Part shown: positions 1 through 14,227 of the stretch, piece after piece | Layout of the letters: every line of letters begins with the position of its first letter | How positions within the stretch are numbered: position 1 is the stretch's first letter | NCBI GenBank assembly: GCA_951406725.2 | Contig: OX597818.1 | Coordinates: 68,572,001-68,636,000, forward strand | Direction of reading: 5' to 3' | Length of the DNA stretch: 64,000 bases | Source of the DNA: Octopus vulgaris | Lineage: Eukaryota | Notes under the pieces: model-generated | Databases searched by the model: none | What the model saw: only the letters and a program-made list of their open reading frames with translations | Told to the model about the DNA's origin: nothing | Made by a program: the position numbers and the translations under genes

Positions 1-16
1 GAAACAGAAGCAAAAA

Positions 17-196
17 TGGCTTGAAGAATTATGCATGTCAAATTCATGGACTCCCAAAGAGTCCATGGATATTATGAATAATATTTAATAATAGCCTATG
101 GATATGGTGAGGTGGTCCCATAAAAATGCATGTCATGCCGGAACACATGTAGCAAAACATTAATAACAATATAAAATCTCCATCCATGAGGTATTC
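17..196 (+). mobile_element. PLE pLTR-like remnant with degenerate long-stem-II hammerhead
   Basis: TGGC-TTGAAGA ... hairpin CATGGACTC/GAGTCCATG ... GGAAC-ACAT-GTA-GCAA. Downstream sequence resembles the minus-strand copy at 8262-8429. Core is mutated. Confidence 0.45.
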
Positions 197-449
197 TTCA
201 TTATTGATTCATTTATCCTATGCTTCATGGAGCGCTGCACACGTAATGATCCCATGCAGTTAACTTGTCATGTTGGGAATAATATGGTAGCCAGCCACAT
301 GTGGCATAGAATCTTTTTTTGAGCACACTGGTAGACGTCTGCCACATAAAATACAAAGATCGTATCACAGTATCTTGCAATCGACAAGACTATTGGATGT
401 TGTTATACATCACTGGTCACTATGCACTTCACAGGGTCTTAGCTTTTGA

Positions 450-662
450 ATGATGCCAAACTACTGGGTAGGCAAGCAGACCAATACCACCCCGCCCCCT
501 GATCAGAAGGCTATTCTGTCACAGGGTTACCAATTTATAGCAGAATGGAGTGGTGCAATGTGAGATGAAGCGTTTTGCTCAAGAACACAGCACACCACCT
601 GGGAATCGAACCAATGGTCTAGTAATTTTGTGTGCAACATGCTAACCATTAACCCACATGTC
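450..662 (-). mobile_element. Old tRNA-derived SINE (V-domain-like family)
   Basis: Minus strand has an A-box-like GGTTAATGGTTAGC, B box GGTTCGATTCCC, TGTGTTCTTGAGCAAAAC and a CCCTGTGACAGAATAGCC segment. Related to 13932-14227. Confidence 0.6.
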
Positions 663-739
663 TTCTCTCCCTCTCTTTCACACACACACACACACACACA
701 CAAGTATAGGTATATACATTTATATGCACATATATGTTA

Positions 740-927
740 GTTAATTTTTGGCTCAAAAGCAAATAGCAAGGCCATGTAGGGGGACATGGAGTTAAGTACA
801 GGGTGGTGTTCATGTAAAGAATTCAGGCCACTTGAGGTCAAGGGAGACTTTGAACAAAGCGGTCGTCGGCATCTTCACCATCTCATCTGGCAGCTTGTTC
901 CACGGATCCGCAACCCGGACGGAGAAA
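740..927 (-). mobile_element. CR1-clade LINE 3' end
   Basis: Minus 927-810 translates FSVRVADPWNKLPDEMVKMPTTALFKVSLDLKWPEFFT*, matching the CR1 ORF2 C-terminal pattern (FSxRVVxxWNxLP...FKxxLD), followed by a short 3' UTR. Confidence 0.75.
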
Positions 928-1084
928 GTGAAGAACAGCTCTTTCGAGAGGTTACACTTTCTGCTTATGATGTTGTGAGCGAGAATGAGAATGAGAATGA
1001 GAATGTATGTACGCTATGAAAAGAAATAACTGATGCAATTGTTATTGGACAATAATTACATGAAATTCAGCTGTAAATGATGGT

Positions 1085-1306
1085 CTTTAGGTCTGTGTTT
1101 GTCCCCCACAACACCAAAACAACTTGACAACTGGTGTTGGTGTGTTTGCATCCCAGTAACTTAGCAATTTGGCAAAAGTGATGGCTAGAATAGGTACAAG
1201 GCTTAAAAAATAGAATACACTGGACGATTCATTCAACTAAAAGTCTTTTAAGGCTGCGCCCCAGCATGGCCACAGTCTAATGACTGAAACAAGGAAACAG
1301 TAAAAG
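1085..1306 (+). mobile_element. SINE family A, 3' half (diverged)
   Basis: Similar to the 3' half of 21203-21628 (ttgacaac.ggtgttggtgtg ... ccagcatggcc.cagtc.aatgactgaaacaag). Confidence 0.7.
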
Positions 1307-1329
1307 ATATATATAAATACATATATATA

Positions 1330-1705
1330 TATACGTGTGTATATATACATGCATACATGCATGTAAGCAAGTATGTATGTACGTATGTATGCATGCATGT
1401 ATGTATGTATGTATGTATGTATGTATGTATGTATGTATGTATGTATGTATGTATGTATGTATGTATGTATGCATGCATGTATGTATGTATGTAAATATGT
1501 ACTTATGTATGTATGTATGTATGTAAATATGTACATATGTATGTATGTGTGTGTGTATGTATGTATGTATGTATGTATGTATGTATGTGTGTGTGTGTGT
1601 GTGTATGTATGTAATTATGTATGTATGTATGTATGTATGCATGTATGTGTGTAAACATGTATTTATGTATGTAAACATGCATTTATGTGTGTATAAATAT
1701 ATGTA
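1330..1705. repeat. (ATGT)n/(GT)n compound microsatellite
   Basis: Directly visible tandem ATGT units. Confidence 0.95.
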
Positions 1706-2937
1706 TTTATCAAAATTGCTGATGGCTACCCCACCTTCATGCTATGGCCAAACCAATGCCACAATTTGATTGATGATAATGATCAGTAAATAGAATATGG
1801 TAAAGAAGAAGCTTTTGTAAAAGAATCGAAGATAATTCTTCAGATTTAAAAGTGCAAAGCTTTGACTATTCTCATACAATTGAAAAGCTAAGTAGAAACA
1901 ACATATTTTTTTTTCCTTTTTAACCATCTTTTTAAATCAATTTTGACATATGCCAGTGTTTTTTTAGCACCATGGCAGCATAGCAGTTGGTTACTTTGCA
2001 AGAGAATGGTACAATCAAATGGAACTGCTCCTCATAGAAATCTTGAAAATTTGAAGAAATAATCAAAGAGAGAAATACAAAGCCGTAAGAGAACAAGAAA
2101 AAGACAAGATTATAAAATAAATAGATGGATACAGCCATAGAACTATAAAAGAAGAGAGAGAGAGAGGGAGAGAGAAGGAATTTTGTATCAAAGATGTAAG
2201 ACTATAATGTATTAAAGAAAAGGAAAATAAAACAAAAAAAAAATAAAGCTATTTCTAAATCTCTCGACTGAGTTTGTGATTAACTGTGATTAACAATGTT
2301 GTTTACCTAAATCACAGTCTTTTCACTGTCAAAGAAAATTTAGTTTAAATTTAGAAAACATTGTTTTCTGTCTTTCGCAATTTGCTGCTTTTACAATGAG
2401 TTGATTAAATTACTGTGTTATGTTGATGATAAGACAAGAAAGCATTAATAATCAAAATATAATGAGGTGGTTTAAATAATTTGGCTTCCTACCCAATTAC
2501 TAGTGTTATTAGGAATTTTACAGAGATATATATCCATGTGTGAAGAAAGAGAAGAAGGAAGACATTTCTTATGGAAACATTGTCATATCAGGTTTCTTTT
2601 TGATATTTATAAAAGATTTGGGGAAAAGGAAAACAAGTTAAAATAAAATAAAAAAAAAAGGAGAAACTAATTTGCGAGAATGATGACTTTATGTAGGGTA
2701 ATATTTAAGGAAGACATGAAAGATAACTGGCTGCTAATATTACAGAGAGAGATTTATGCAGTATTAAGGAAATATTTGGCATAGGAAGAAAAGAACAGTG
2801 TATTTATTAACACAAATAGATATGTATATATATATCTATGTGTGTGTATGTGTGTGTGTATATACATATATATACAAACACATATAAATATATACATACA
2901 TATGCATGAGTACTATGTATGTATATGTACACACACA

Positions 2938-2977
<40 letters not shown>

Positions 2978-3217
2978 CACACACACACACACATTGGTGC
3001 AAGCATGTGTATATAGTGAGAATGTTTGCTTCCCAGCAAAGTACAAGTCTGAAATAATAATTTAATTATTTCAGAAAGTGCAGGAAGCAGTTCTGAAATG
3101 GTTTTGGTTTTATTTGATGCTATCAATGGAACTTTTCCATGCTTGCAACGGTCAGGCAGAATTTGGTAAATGAAAGTGGCTTTTTTTTCTCTTTTCCTGA
3201 TCTGATGCTGTGTAAAT

Positions 3218-3632
3218 GCTGGTGTGGCTGTGTGATAAATAACCTTTGCTTCCCAAACATGTTTTAAGTTCAATACCACCTTGGGGAAGTGTCTTTTGCT
3301 ATAACTTTGGACCAACCAAACCTTGTGATTGTGTTTCGAGTGTGATCGTTACCAAAGTCGCCTTACTGGCACCTGTGCTGGTGGCATGTGTAAAAAGATT
3401 TGAGCGAGGTCATTGCCAGTACCGCCTGACTGGCCCCTGTGCCGGTGGCACGTAAAATGCACTCACTACACTCTTGGAGTGGTTGGCGTTAGGAAGGGCA
3501 TCCAGCTGTAGAAACTCTGCCAGATCAAGATTGGAGCCTGGTGCAGTCATCTGGTTCACCAGTCCTCAGTCAAATCGTCCAACCCATGGTAGCATAGAAG
3601 CGGACGTTAAACGATGAGGATAATGATGATGA
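3218..3632 (+). mobile_element. Diverged SINE-A head followed by an RTE-type 3' tail ending in (GAT)n
   Basis: 3218-3330 resembles the SINE-A head. 3340-3632 has GTGCCGGTGGCACGTAAAA units and GTTGGCGTTAGGAAGGGCATCCAGCTG...GACGTTAAACGATGA, the same tail as the RTE fragment at 5885-6446. Confidence 0.75.
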
Positions 3633-3679
3633 AATAGAAACAGAAAGAAGCTCATTATCAGCATTTGTGTGTGCATATA

Positions 3680-4450
3680 CCATCATCATTATCATTCATT
3701 ATCTAACGTCTCTCTTCCATGCTGGCATGGGTTGGACGGTTTGACAGGAGCTGGGAAAGCCAGAGGACTGTGCCAAGCTCCACAGGCTGCTTTGGCATGC
3801 TTTTACAGATGGATGCCCATCCCAGCATCAGCCAGGGTGCTTTTCACTTGGAACCAACTCCAACGAGATATGTTTTAGCAAGGTTTTATGGTTGCATGCC
3901 CTTCTTAATTTCAACTCCTTTACAGAATGGGTTCAGTGCTTCTTATGTGGCACCGGCACTGGTAAGGTCACCAGGTATGTTGCAAGACAAAGAACATTTG
4001 AGATGAGGGTGGGGAGGGTGTTGGAGGAGGCGGCTTTGTGCCAGCCGATGAGAGATTAGAGTATGAAGAGATATGAAGAGAGGGACAGAAACGGGTGCCT
4101 TGCTATACAGCAGGCACATGGTTACCCTTGTCAGAGTGAGAGAGGGAGTAAGAGAGGACAAGAATGAGTGAGAGCAAGAGAAGAGAATGAGAGTGAAAGG
4201 GAGCAAAGGTGAGAGGGAGTGAGAGAGGCAGTGGCGATGTGTCTGAGCGTACTCCCAAGGCACAGGATCAAGTATGCAAATATGACGGTAGGAAATTGTG
4301 AAGGGTGCCTGAGTTGATGTGAATGCAAAACAAAAAGGATGGTGGGTGCAGTGAGGGTGGGGAGACAGGAGAGCAATTGGCAGAGCAGGGAGGGCAGGAG
4401 AGGACTGCTGGAGTGAAGAGCAAGAGATAAAAAGGGTAGTGTATTTACCA
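3680..4450 (-). mobile_element. RTE-type 3' UTR/tail copy (diverged) with adjacent GA-rich segment
   Basis: (CAT)n + TAACGTC...CCATGCTGGCATGGGTTGGACGG...GGATGCCC motif. The boundary of the GA-rich part is uncertain. Confidence 0.55.
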
Positions 4451-4500
4451 TGTGGTGTCTATGAGTGTGCTTGTGTGTGTGTATGTATGTATATATATAT

Positions 4501-4911
4501 ACTCTTTACTCTTTTACTCTTTTAAATGTTTCAGTCATTTGACTGCGGCCATGCTGGAGCACTGCCTTTAGTCGAGCAACTCGACCCCGGGACTTATTCT
4601 TTGTAAGCCCAGTACTTATTATATCGGTCTCTTTTGCTGAACCGCTAAGTGACAGGGGCGTAAACACACCAGCATCGGTTGTCAAGCAATGCTAGGGGGA
4701 CAAACACAGACACACAAACACATACACATACATACATATACATATATACGACAGGCTTCTTTCAGTTTCCGTCTACCAAATCCACTCACAAGGCATTGGT
4801 CGGCCCGGGGCTATAGCAGAAGACACTTACCCAAGATGCCACACAGTGGGACTGAACCCGGAACCATGTGGTTCGTTAGCAAGCTACTTACCACACAGCC
4901 ACTCCTACGCC
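4501..4911 (-). mobile_element. SINE family A, full length (tRNA head, CORE-like segment, internal TA/TG microsatellite, GTAAAAGA tail)
   Basis: Near-identical to copies at 21203, 35899 and 41894. A box TGGCTGTGTGG, B-box-like GGTTCAGTCCC, CORE-like TCTTGGGTAAGT. Confidence 0.9.
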
Positions 4912-5050
4912 AACATAAATCTTTATACATAAATCTTTAGTTAAATATATTCAATGAGAATATTATATACTGAATTTATATTGAGTGCTCAATTGTATCA
5001 AAGTATTAATACTATTAAAATATATATATTTTTAATACGAGCGTTTATAT

Positions 5051-5868
<818 letters not shown>

Positions 5869-5884
5869 TCAAGTATGTATTAAA

Positions 5885-6446
5885 TCATCATCAAAATCAT
5901 CATCATCATCATTTAACGTCCATTTTCTATGCTGGCATGGGTTGGACAGTTCGACTGGGGTCTGGGAAGCCAGGAGGTTGCACCAGGCTCCAGTTTGATG
6001 TGGCAGTGTTTCTGCAGCTGGACACCTCTCTTAACGCCAACCACTCTGAGAGTGTAGTGGGTGCTTTTTTATGTGCCACTGGCACAGGGGCCACAGGGGG
6101 CTGGCATCAACCACAATCGGATGGTGTATTTTACATACCATCGGCACAAGAACCACAGCTACAGTTTCCATTTTATTGTGGTTTGATTTCATTTTGACTT
6201 TGATGTACTTGACTCAATAGGTCTCCTCAAGCATGGCATGTCACCTGATGTTTCAAAGGTACTTTTTAAATGGGCTGGTTATGCGACACTGGTATAGGCT
6301 CCAGCTGTGATCTCACTTTACTTGCTGGGTCTTCTCAGTCACAGCATGCCTCCAGAGGTCTCGGTCTTTCGTCATTGCGCTCCGTGAGGCCCAACGTTCA
6401 AAGGTCATGCTTCACCACCTCATATCATGTCTTCCTGGGTCTCCCT
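5885..6446 (-). mobile_element. RTE-clade LINE 3' end
   Basis: Minus strand reads GRPRKT*YEVVKHDL*TLGLTE..MTKDRDLWRHAV (RTE GRPRxxW...DRxxWR motif), then the 3' UTR and a (GAT)n tail. Confidence 0.8.
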
Positions 6447-7711
6447 CTCTCTCTATATATGTATATATGTATGTGTGTATGCGTGTGTGTGCGTGTGTGT
6501 GCGTGTGTGTGTGTGTGCATGTCACCCTGTCTATTGACATTGTATGATGTTGTAATCAAGCATTACCATCATACAGACAATTTTTTTAAAATTTGCTATT
6601 CTCTGTGTAGAAATGTCTAGTCATGGTGAAATATTATTTTGTTTGGAAAAAGATAAGGCTTAGAAGCAGGGAAATCCCCCGACTGAAGAACATAGGCCTC
6701 ATCAAAGTCTGTCTGGCACATGTAAGCAAGAAAAAAAAATGAACGTTAAAGCAATGATGATGACGATAATGATGATGATGATGATAATGATGACAATAAC
6801 GACAACGACAACGATGACAACAATAAGGGACAGCTTTTCTGTGACCAACCCTCATCAGTTTCCAAAAAAGGTAATACTTTCCTCTAGCCAGGCATATTTT
6901 CACAGAAGTCTGGGAATGTACCGAATCACAAACTAGACAACATATAAAATTGATTTGTAGAGACTAAAAGTTATTTTATTGTTTTGGTTTGAGAGTATAC
7001 GAGAAGTTGAATTAAATGGAGCAAATAAGGCAGATAAGGATTTAATTATATGACAGGTTGTAATCCACACTGGTCAAATTTTTTGGGAGGATTATAGCCT
7101 GCCAGCCTATAATCCATACAATTAATCCATTTATCTGTAGTTTGACACTAATTCTCATAAAACTAAGGAATTTGTAATTTTTTTGCTTTTCGATGCTCTT
7201 GAATTCTTCCACACATAGGGAAACTATTTCATGTCAATTTCTAGACTAGAAGATTTTGAGTGGTTACTGTATCAGAGCAAGATGAAGAGGTGGGTTGAGA
7301 GCATCTGGAGTGTATTGCAAAAGAGCATTGCACTATTTTGCTATGACTCTTTATGTTTTAGGTTCAAATCCTGCAAAGATTGTTTTTTCTGGGGTTTTTC
7401 CCCTTCCCGCTTCTGAAGTCAACAAAGTACCAGTCCAATGCTGTGATGGATGTAATCAACTGACCCATGTGCCAAAATCTATGGTGCTGTGCCTGTATTA
7501 AAAACCATTTTATCACAGTGAGTCAGTTACATGTTTTATTGTCATGGCAGGAAATATGTTGAATATGTTGTCTTTGAGAATGGTGAAGGAGCAGCATTGA
7601 AAGGCTTTCATTAAAATAGGAGACAGCTTTCATTTTGCTATGTTTTCTTCATATTTTGGCAAAAGCATTAAAAGCTTAGAAGAGCCTGGTTTTACAGAAT
7701 GTGATTTAACT

Positions 7712-7868
7712 CGGTTGTGTAGTAAGAAGCTTGCTTCTTGTCAACATGGTTCCAGTTTTCGTCCCATTGCATAGCACCTTGTGGAAGTGCCTTCCACTAT
7801 AGTCTCAGACTGACCAAAGCCTTGTGAGTAGATTTGGTAGACGGAAACTAAAAAGAAGTCTGTCGTAT
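7712..7868 (+). mobile_element. SINE family A, 5' half
   Basis: Matches the head through GATTTGGTAGACGGAAACT; interrupted at its (TA)n by the next element. Confidence 0.75.
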
Positions 7869-7894
7869 GTATATATATATATATATATATATAT

Positions 7895-8255
7895 AGTTAA
7901 TCCAAACAGGAACAAAGAGAAAACACAACAACGCGAGGACGTGGAACAAGTATAGTGTTATTGGACGCTCAGGAAAGGAAAGAAAGAAGGAGGACCTAAT
8001 GTTTTGAGCAGAGCTCTTCGTCAGAAACATAGGAAAAGGAAAGATCCAAAGAAGGGAAGATGGAGGAAAAAAAATCGCCAACAATACACACACGGAAGAC
8101 GAAGACAGATGTATAAACAACAAGTAGGTGTATTAGTTTGATGCTTGTGAAGGTGAGAAGGTCTTTCATGTTTCAACCCTACACTCTGCATCAGAAAGGA
8201 ATACGAGGAAATAAAAAAAGAGAAAATTAAAAAATGTTTGGCGTTAGCAGTCAAA
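7895..8255 (-). mobile_element. Non-coding PLE/retrozyme-like element with two tandem minimal hammerhead motifs
   Basis: Minus: CUUU-CUGAUGC-AGAGUGUAGGGUU-GAAACAUG-AAAG (8161-8198) and GUUU-CUGACGA-A-GAGC-UCU-GCUC-AAAACAUU (7994-8028), both degenerate. Homologous to 27028-27172, 43645-43840 and 50450-50545. Confidence 0.6.
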
Positions 8256-8299
8256 CACATAACGATAATCCTTGGATGGAGTTTATAAACATTTAATGC

Positions 8300-8429
8300 A
8301 TTGCTACGCATGTTTCTACAAATCACATGTCTCTTAAGATCATAGTCCATATTCATGAGATGATTACAGGGAAGTCCATAGTATCCATTGACATCGTATT
8401 GATCATATTCATTGATTTCTTCAGGCGAT
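8300..8429 (-). ncRNA. Type I hammerhead-like motif with long stem II
   Basis: AUCGC-CUGAAGA-AAUCA...UGAUU-UGUA-GAAAC-AUGC-GUA-GCAAU. Core nucleotides present; base of stem II imperfect. Confidence 0.55.
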
Positions 8430-8459
8430 ATAACATTAGTGGATGTTTAACAGAAGGGT

Positions 8460-8750
8460 GGATCAGTGGTTAAGGAGTTATACTCATGATTGTGAGATTG
8501 TGGGTTTCACATCCCAGATTGGGCATTGCGCTGTGTTCTTGAGCAAAGCACTTCATTTCACGTTGCTTGCTGGTGGTTTCGTCATTTGACATGATTGCAC
8601 TTGTTGCACCTGTACAGGTAATGTCGATCTGATGGAGGGATAGAGCTTATGTCTACACAAACAGTTGATCACAATAAACACATCATCTGTGTGGTTGTTT
8701 GATAACAAATTGTCGAGCCCTCATACGTTATCTTACGATGGGAGAGTCCA
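8460..8750 (+). mobile_element. Old tRNA-derived SINE
   Basis: AGTGGTTAAGG A-box region and TGTGTTCTTGAGCAAAGCACTTCATTTCAC, shared with 450-662. Confidence 0.5.
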
Positions 8751-8761
8751 TCATTATATAT

Positions 8762-8800
8762 TGTGAGTGGTTTTGATAGATGGAAACTGAAACAAGCCCG

Positions 8801-8867
<67 letters not shown>

Positions 8868-9060
8868 TGGTGTATATGAGTGTTTATGTGTGTGTGTGTG
8901 TGTTTGTCCACCCATCATCTCTTGACAACCGATTCTCGTGTGTTTACTTCCCCATAACTTAATGGTTTGAGAAAAAGAGAGCGATAGGCTTACAAAGAAT
9001 AAGTCCTGGGGGCGATTTGCTCAGCATGGATGCAGTCAAATGACTGAAACAAGCAAAAGG
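8762..9060 (+). mobile_element. SINE family A, 5'-truncated
   Basis: TTGTGAGTGG...GGAAACTGAA...GGCTTACAAAGAATAAGTCCTGGGG...CAAATGACTGAAACAAG. Confidence 0.75.
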
Positions 9061-9074
9061 ATATTGCGTGTGTA

Positions 9075-9105
<31 letters not shown>

Positions 9106-9363
9106 GTATGAGTGTCATTAAATAGATATATTAATGTGACTTATATGATTCTGAAGAGATTTTTCTTTTATCATAACTGTGAAAAAATTACTAATGATGT
9201 TTTCAAAATATATTGCTAATAAATACATCAGAGGAAATCAATACACACGTATGTGTGTGTATGTATATATATATGGGATATATGGGTATGTATGTAAATG
9301 TGTTTGTATATGTGGATGTATGTGTTATGTATATATGCATTTCTTTATAAATATATATATATG

Positions 9364-9451
<88 letters not shown>

Positions 9452-9494
9452 CATATATATATATACATATGTATATACATACATATGTTTATAC

Positions 9495-9526
<32 letters not shown>

Positions 9527-9612
9527 GTATATACATATATATATACCAGAGTAAGCACAGAAATATGAAACAAGGTGGAAAAGATAGTACTCAGATACTG
9601 GAGGTATTTATT

Positions 9613-9643
<31 letters not shown>

Positions 9644-9943
9644 ATATGTATGTATATATGTATATGTATGTCCAAACTCGCATATATTCTTGTTATATAT
9701 GCATGCATAACCTATTCATACCTGCGTAACTCTAGAGTCACACACATCTCATAACATTGAGACATTTAAAGTTGCACTGGATCGTTGTATTTGGATAGCG
9801 TTTTCATTTGAACCGTGTGTGGCATAGGTTTCTAACTTCATTGAATTTTTCTATATTCTCACAGTTCATCCAATTTCATATTCTACACACCTTAATTAAA
9901 ATTTTCAAAATCAACTGCTGTGAATATAAATTATAAATTACAT

Positions 9944-9944
<1 letters not shown>

Positions 9945-10019
<75 letters not shown>

Positions 10020-10362
10020 TAATAATAATAATAATGATGAGGATGATGATGATGATGACAATAATAATTCTTTCTATTATAGGCAATAATGTTGAAGTTG
10101 GTAATTACAATAATAAAGATAACAAGAATAAGTATAAAAATATCAATGATGGTGGTGGTGGTGGTGGTAATGATGTTGGCATCAACAGCTTTACTAATCG
10201 TAAGATGCTATGTTTTTTGAATATTCTTATTCAGATTCTTGTTTTTTTTTCCAAAATAACTAAAATCCAAAAATACTCTGAAACGTTCTACAAATCCACA
10301 AACATTTTTCTAAAGGGACAGCCACTGAAGATGATCCCTTTATATTTCTTTATACATAGTAA

Positions 10363-10429
<67 letters not shown>

Positions 10430-10846
10430 AAGAAGAAGAAGAAGAAGAAGAAGAAAAAGAACAACAACAACAACAACAATAAATTAACCATAATAATAAT
10501 TATCATAACAACAACAATAATAATAATGACAGTCATAATAATAACAATAATAATAATAATAACAGTAACAATAATAATGATGATGATGATGATGATTATA
10601 GCTTAGTGTTTTTCACTTTTCATTTTGCTTTTTTACTCTTTCTTTTCCATTTTTACTTTATTTTTTCCTTTATTTCTTTTTTTCCAAATAACTTGACTTT
10701 GTTATTGAACAATATGGTGTGTTTGTATTAGTCACCTATCAATGTATACAGTGACTTTTTTGCCCTAGGTGTTGGGAAGACACACAGCAAGAAATGGAAA
10801 CAAAGGAAGAAAAGCTAATAATGATAACAACAACAACAACAACAAC

Positions 10847-10911
<65 letters not shown>

Positions 10912-10913
10912 TG

Positions 10914-10965
<52 letters not shown>

Positions 10966-11002
10966 TGATGATGATGATGTTGATCATGATTATAATGATG
11001 AT
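9945..11002. repeat. Cluster of trinucleotide microsatellites (AAT)n, (AAG)n, (AAC)n, (GAT)n
   Basis: Direct inspection: 9945-10066, 10365-10597, 10815-11002. Confidence 0.9.
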
Positions 11003-11149
11003 GTTTTGCTTTTTAGCCACGAGAGTATAGATGAGAGGTGACATTACAAGAACAGTCAACAATTAATGTGGGTGTTTACATATAACAAGTGTAAACAACA
11101 GCAATTTAGAATAGAATATTAAACAATAAGAAATTCCTGTAAAAAGCCG

Positions 11150-11945
11150 AGAAAGAATCAGGGGCAACAAAGGAACCCCACACATCCTGGACCCCCTGAT
11201 CACCCAGGGCATTTCAGACAGACATCCCTCTCCTCTTCATATCTTCCAGTCTACATGTGCATGCTTGAAACACACCTGTTCATGAGTCATCTTTGCTACA
11301 TTCATCCACAAAGGTGGAGGATGGCAGTCCACTCTCCATCTCCTCTTTACTTTCCAAGTGGAACATGGAAATGTCAATGAGGGCTTAAGAAAGAGGAAAG
11401 TATCTATTCTCACTCGTTTCAATCTCATCCACTACACTAACTCTTTTGCTGAAGCCACTAAACAGAGAAAAACTGCTTGCCTTCCTCGTGAAAGGAAGGC
11501 AGCTTGATAAATCTCTCAATGGACTTAGCCATCAGCCTGATCTGCCCAACATGTGACAACTGGTCTTCAACAAATCTCCACAAGTCAGCAATTTCTGGAC
11601 ACTGAATGGATGCATGCAGAATGGTTCCATCACTAAGCAAACATCTTTGACAAGCCCTCTGACAGCACTTCTGTGCATTTAGAGTTTATCTTGGACTGGC
11701 AGACACCCCTGGTAGCTCTTCCAAGCCAGGGATTTCTGGAAATCTTCCATAGTCCCCGGTTCAAAGCTTCTCTGGAACCCACTAGCCAATTGATCTCCCC
11801 TGATACCCAGACATTTCTTGAGGACATTTCCACCCTTGCCCACCACAAATTTGTGAGTGCTTGGTAACACCCCAAGTACCCCGTTTTGGTCTATGTTTGA
11901 TCCAGGACTTCAGTTCCCTCAATGAGACAAACTGTGGAAAATCTT
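11150..11945 (-). mobile_element. Tx1/L1-clade LINE ORF2 3' fragment (zf-RVT region), decayed
   Basis: FQKSLAWKSYQGCLPVQDKL followed by C..C...TILHASIQCPEIADLW, the C-terminal CCHC knuckle of L1/Tx1 ORF2. Frameshifts and stops. Confidence 0.75.
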
Positions 11946-13570
11946 GTTAGACAAGATTTTAGGCAGCAAAATTAGAAGAGGATGGTGTGGTGAAGAGAGA
12001 GGATGGTAGGATACTAATTAAGGGAAAAGAGGTTGATCTATGTGGGATTTGAAACCAGAATGCTAGGGTGGGAGACAGCTAATGTTATCAAGTACAGTAC
12101 TTAAGCTAGTACTTTATTTATAGATTCCAAAATAGAGGAGCACAAAGTTCATTTTGGTGGGCTTCAAATCAGAATGTAAACAGCCATCATCTTTATTTAA
12201 AATAATTTTGAAACTTGTGAAGAATTTAGTAAAACTAGTGTGTCATCCAAAGTTTTTGACTGGTAACTTTGGAAGTATGCTTTCCCAGCCTGGGGCAATA
12301 ACAGAAACTACGACATAAACACAATATGTATTATTTAGCTTCTGTCAAATTTCTCAAGCAATACAAAATGATGAAATGAACAGCAATCTTTAGAAGAAAA
12401 ATATTCATTACATTGAAATAGAATTAAGTAAAACAAAATTCTCGTTTGTATATTTGCTATAAACATATTATCATTTTGAAATTTCATTAATATAATCCTA
12501 ATCTATTCCAGGGAAAACCTAGCTCTTCTAAATTTTTGGGAAAAAATGTGTAATTTTTGAAAAGTCACAAGACATACTTCTCCTCTTATGTTCATTCTCT
12601 TCTTCCTCTCTCTTTTGTTCTCTCTTCATCCTTTCTCTATACCATGGAGAAATCAAACAGCCAACCAACCAACATTTACATCAGCTCTTATTAAACAGGT
12701 GATGACTTCAACATCATTAAGATAATGCTTGGAACATAAATCAGCAGGAAATTTTAATTGGAAGATTTCTTTTATATAATTGGAAACAGAACGTCTGTAG
12801 AATAAATCCACGAGTGGCAGTGAGAGGTTTTCTATGAAAAGAGTCGACATCTCTGCCTTGTAACTTAGATGTTTCTAGGAGAATGCTCTCTGATACAAGG
12901 ATTCTGACCAAAATCCCTAGTTTCTGGATATTGTGTTCCCACATCCCACCAGTCCCAGACACCTTCTTAGAGTTCATTAGCACTGACATCCTTCCCGATT
13001 AAAATATTAAAATGAAGCAACACTAATGAGTGAAAGCGAACTCCAAACATTTTATATATCCATTGACAAAAGAGCAAACTTCTCAATTTAAAAAAAAACA
13101 ACAAGGTAAGCTCTCGATGTTGTATTCTGACATTTTTAGTTTCAAGAAAACTATTCCCTTAATCAGAGTCATCATCATCAGCAGCACGAAACAGAACAGC
13201 ACCGAGAAAACTAGCAAATTATCTAAGTAGTTCTTAAACTGGGAACTGCCTGCTTTGTAAAGTTCACCCAGTGAAAACAATCAAACATTCTCTGCTTATT
13301 CACCAAAAGAAAATGAAAATAATAAAACGGCTGAGGGGAGAAGTAAAACAGGTCAAAGGCATGAATTTGTCTTAATTACGTTTAAAGGCTGATGCACTGA
13401 ATATTGTAAGTAAAAATTATTCATTTACTTATTGCTTTTTTTTTTTTTCATATGGATTTCAGTACATTAGCCTTTAAACTTAATTAAAGAAAATGCAGTT
13501 TGACATTACTTTAGAGAACGTTTCTAAATGGCCAATTTACTGGCTGCTCTCTATGCATGTTTCCTCTCTC

Positions 13571-13667
<97 letters not shown>

Positions 13668-13781
13668 GTGTGTATATATATATATATATAATCATGAGAG
13701 CTCTCATGACATCTACATATGTATTTCACATTTTCACTCTATTTTTACATAAAGGCAGAGAAATATTATATACATACGCAC

Positions 13782-13818
<37 letters not shown>

Positions 13819-13886
13819 CAGAGAGAGAGAGAGAGGAAGAGGGATATAGACATATGCATATATATTTATATGTATGAGTGTATATG

Positions 13887-13921
<35 letters not shown>

Positions 13922-13931
13922 ATACATGCAT

Positions 13932-14227
13932 ATGTGGAGGCACATGGCCTAGTGGTTAGAGCGGGTTCGAATCTCAGACCGAGTGATGTGTGTGTTTATG
14001 AGCGAAACACTTAAGCTCCATGTAGCTCCGACAGAAGTTAATGGCGAACTTCTGCTGACTCTTTCGCCACAAGTTTCTCTCACTCTTTCTTCCTGCATCT
14101 AGCAGCTCACCTGCGACGGACCGGCGTCCCGTCCAGGTGGGGAACCTATACGCCAAGGAAACTGGCAAACCGGCCCTATGAGCCAGGCATTGATCGAGAA
14201 GGAACAAACAACAACAACAACAACAAT
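13932..14227 (+). mobile_element. tRNA-derived SINE with V-domain-like centre and (CAA)n tail
   Basis: A box TGGCCTAGTGG, B box GGTTCGAATCTC (anticodon arm deleted), CCTGCGACGGACCGGCGTCCCGTCCAGG, (ACA)n tail. Confidence 0.75.

Noticed and set aside
1237-1769. Many ORFs of the [12 protein letters not shown] type here and at 9.2, 26.3, 48.4, 49.3 and 53 kb
   Set aside because: Translations of (ATGT)n, (TA)n and (CA)n microsatellites, open in several frames on both strands.
1742-2138. Two hydrophobic minus-strand ORFs suggesting a membrane protein
   Set aside because: Hydrophobicity follows from T-rich composition; no family motif or coherent splice structure.
9920-10606. 228-aa ORF with poly-I/N/K
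   Set aside because: Made of trinucleotide microsatellites; no domain signal.
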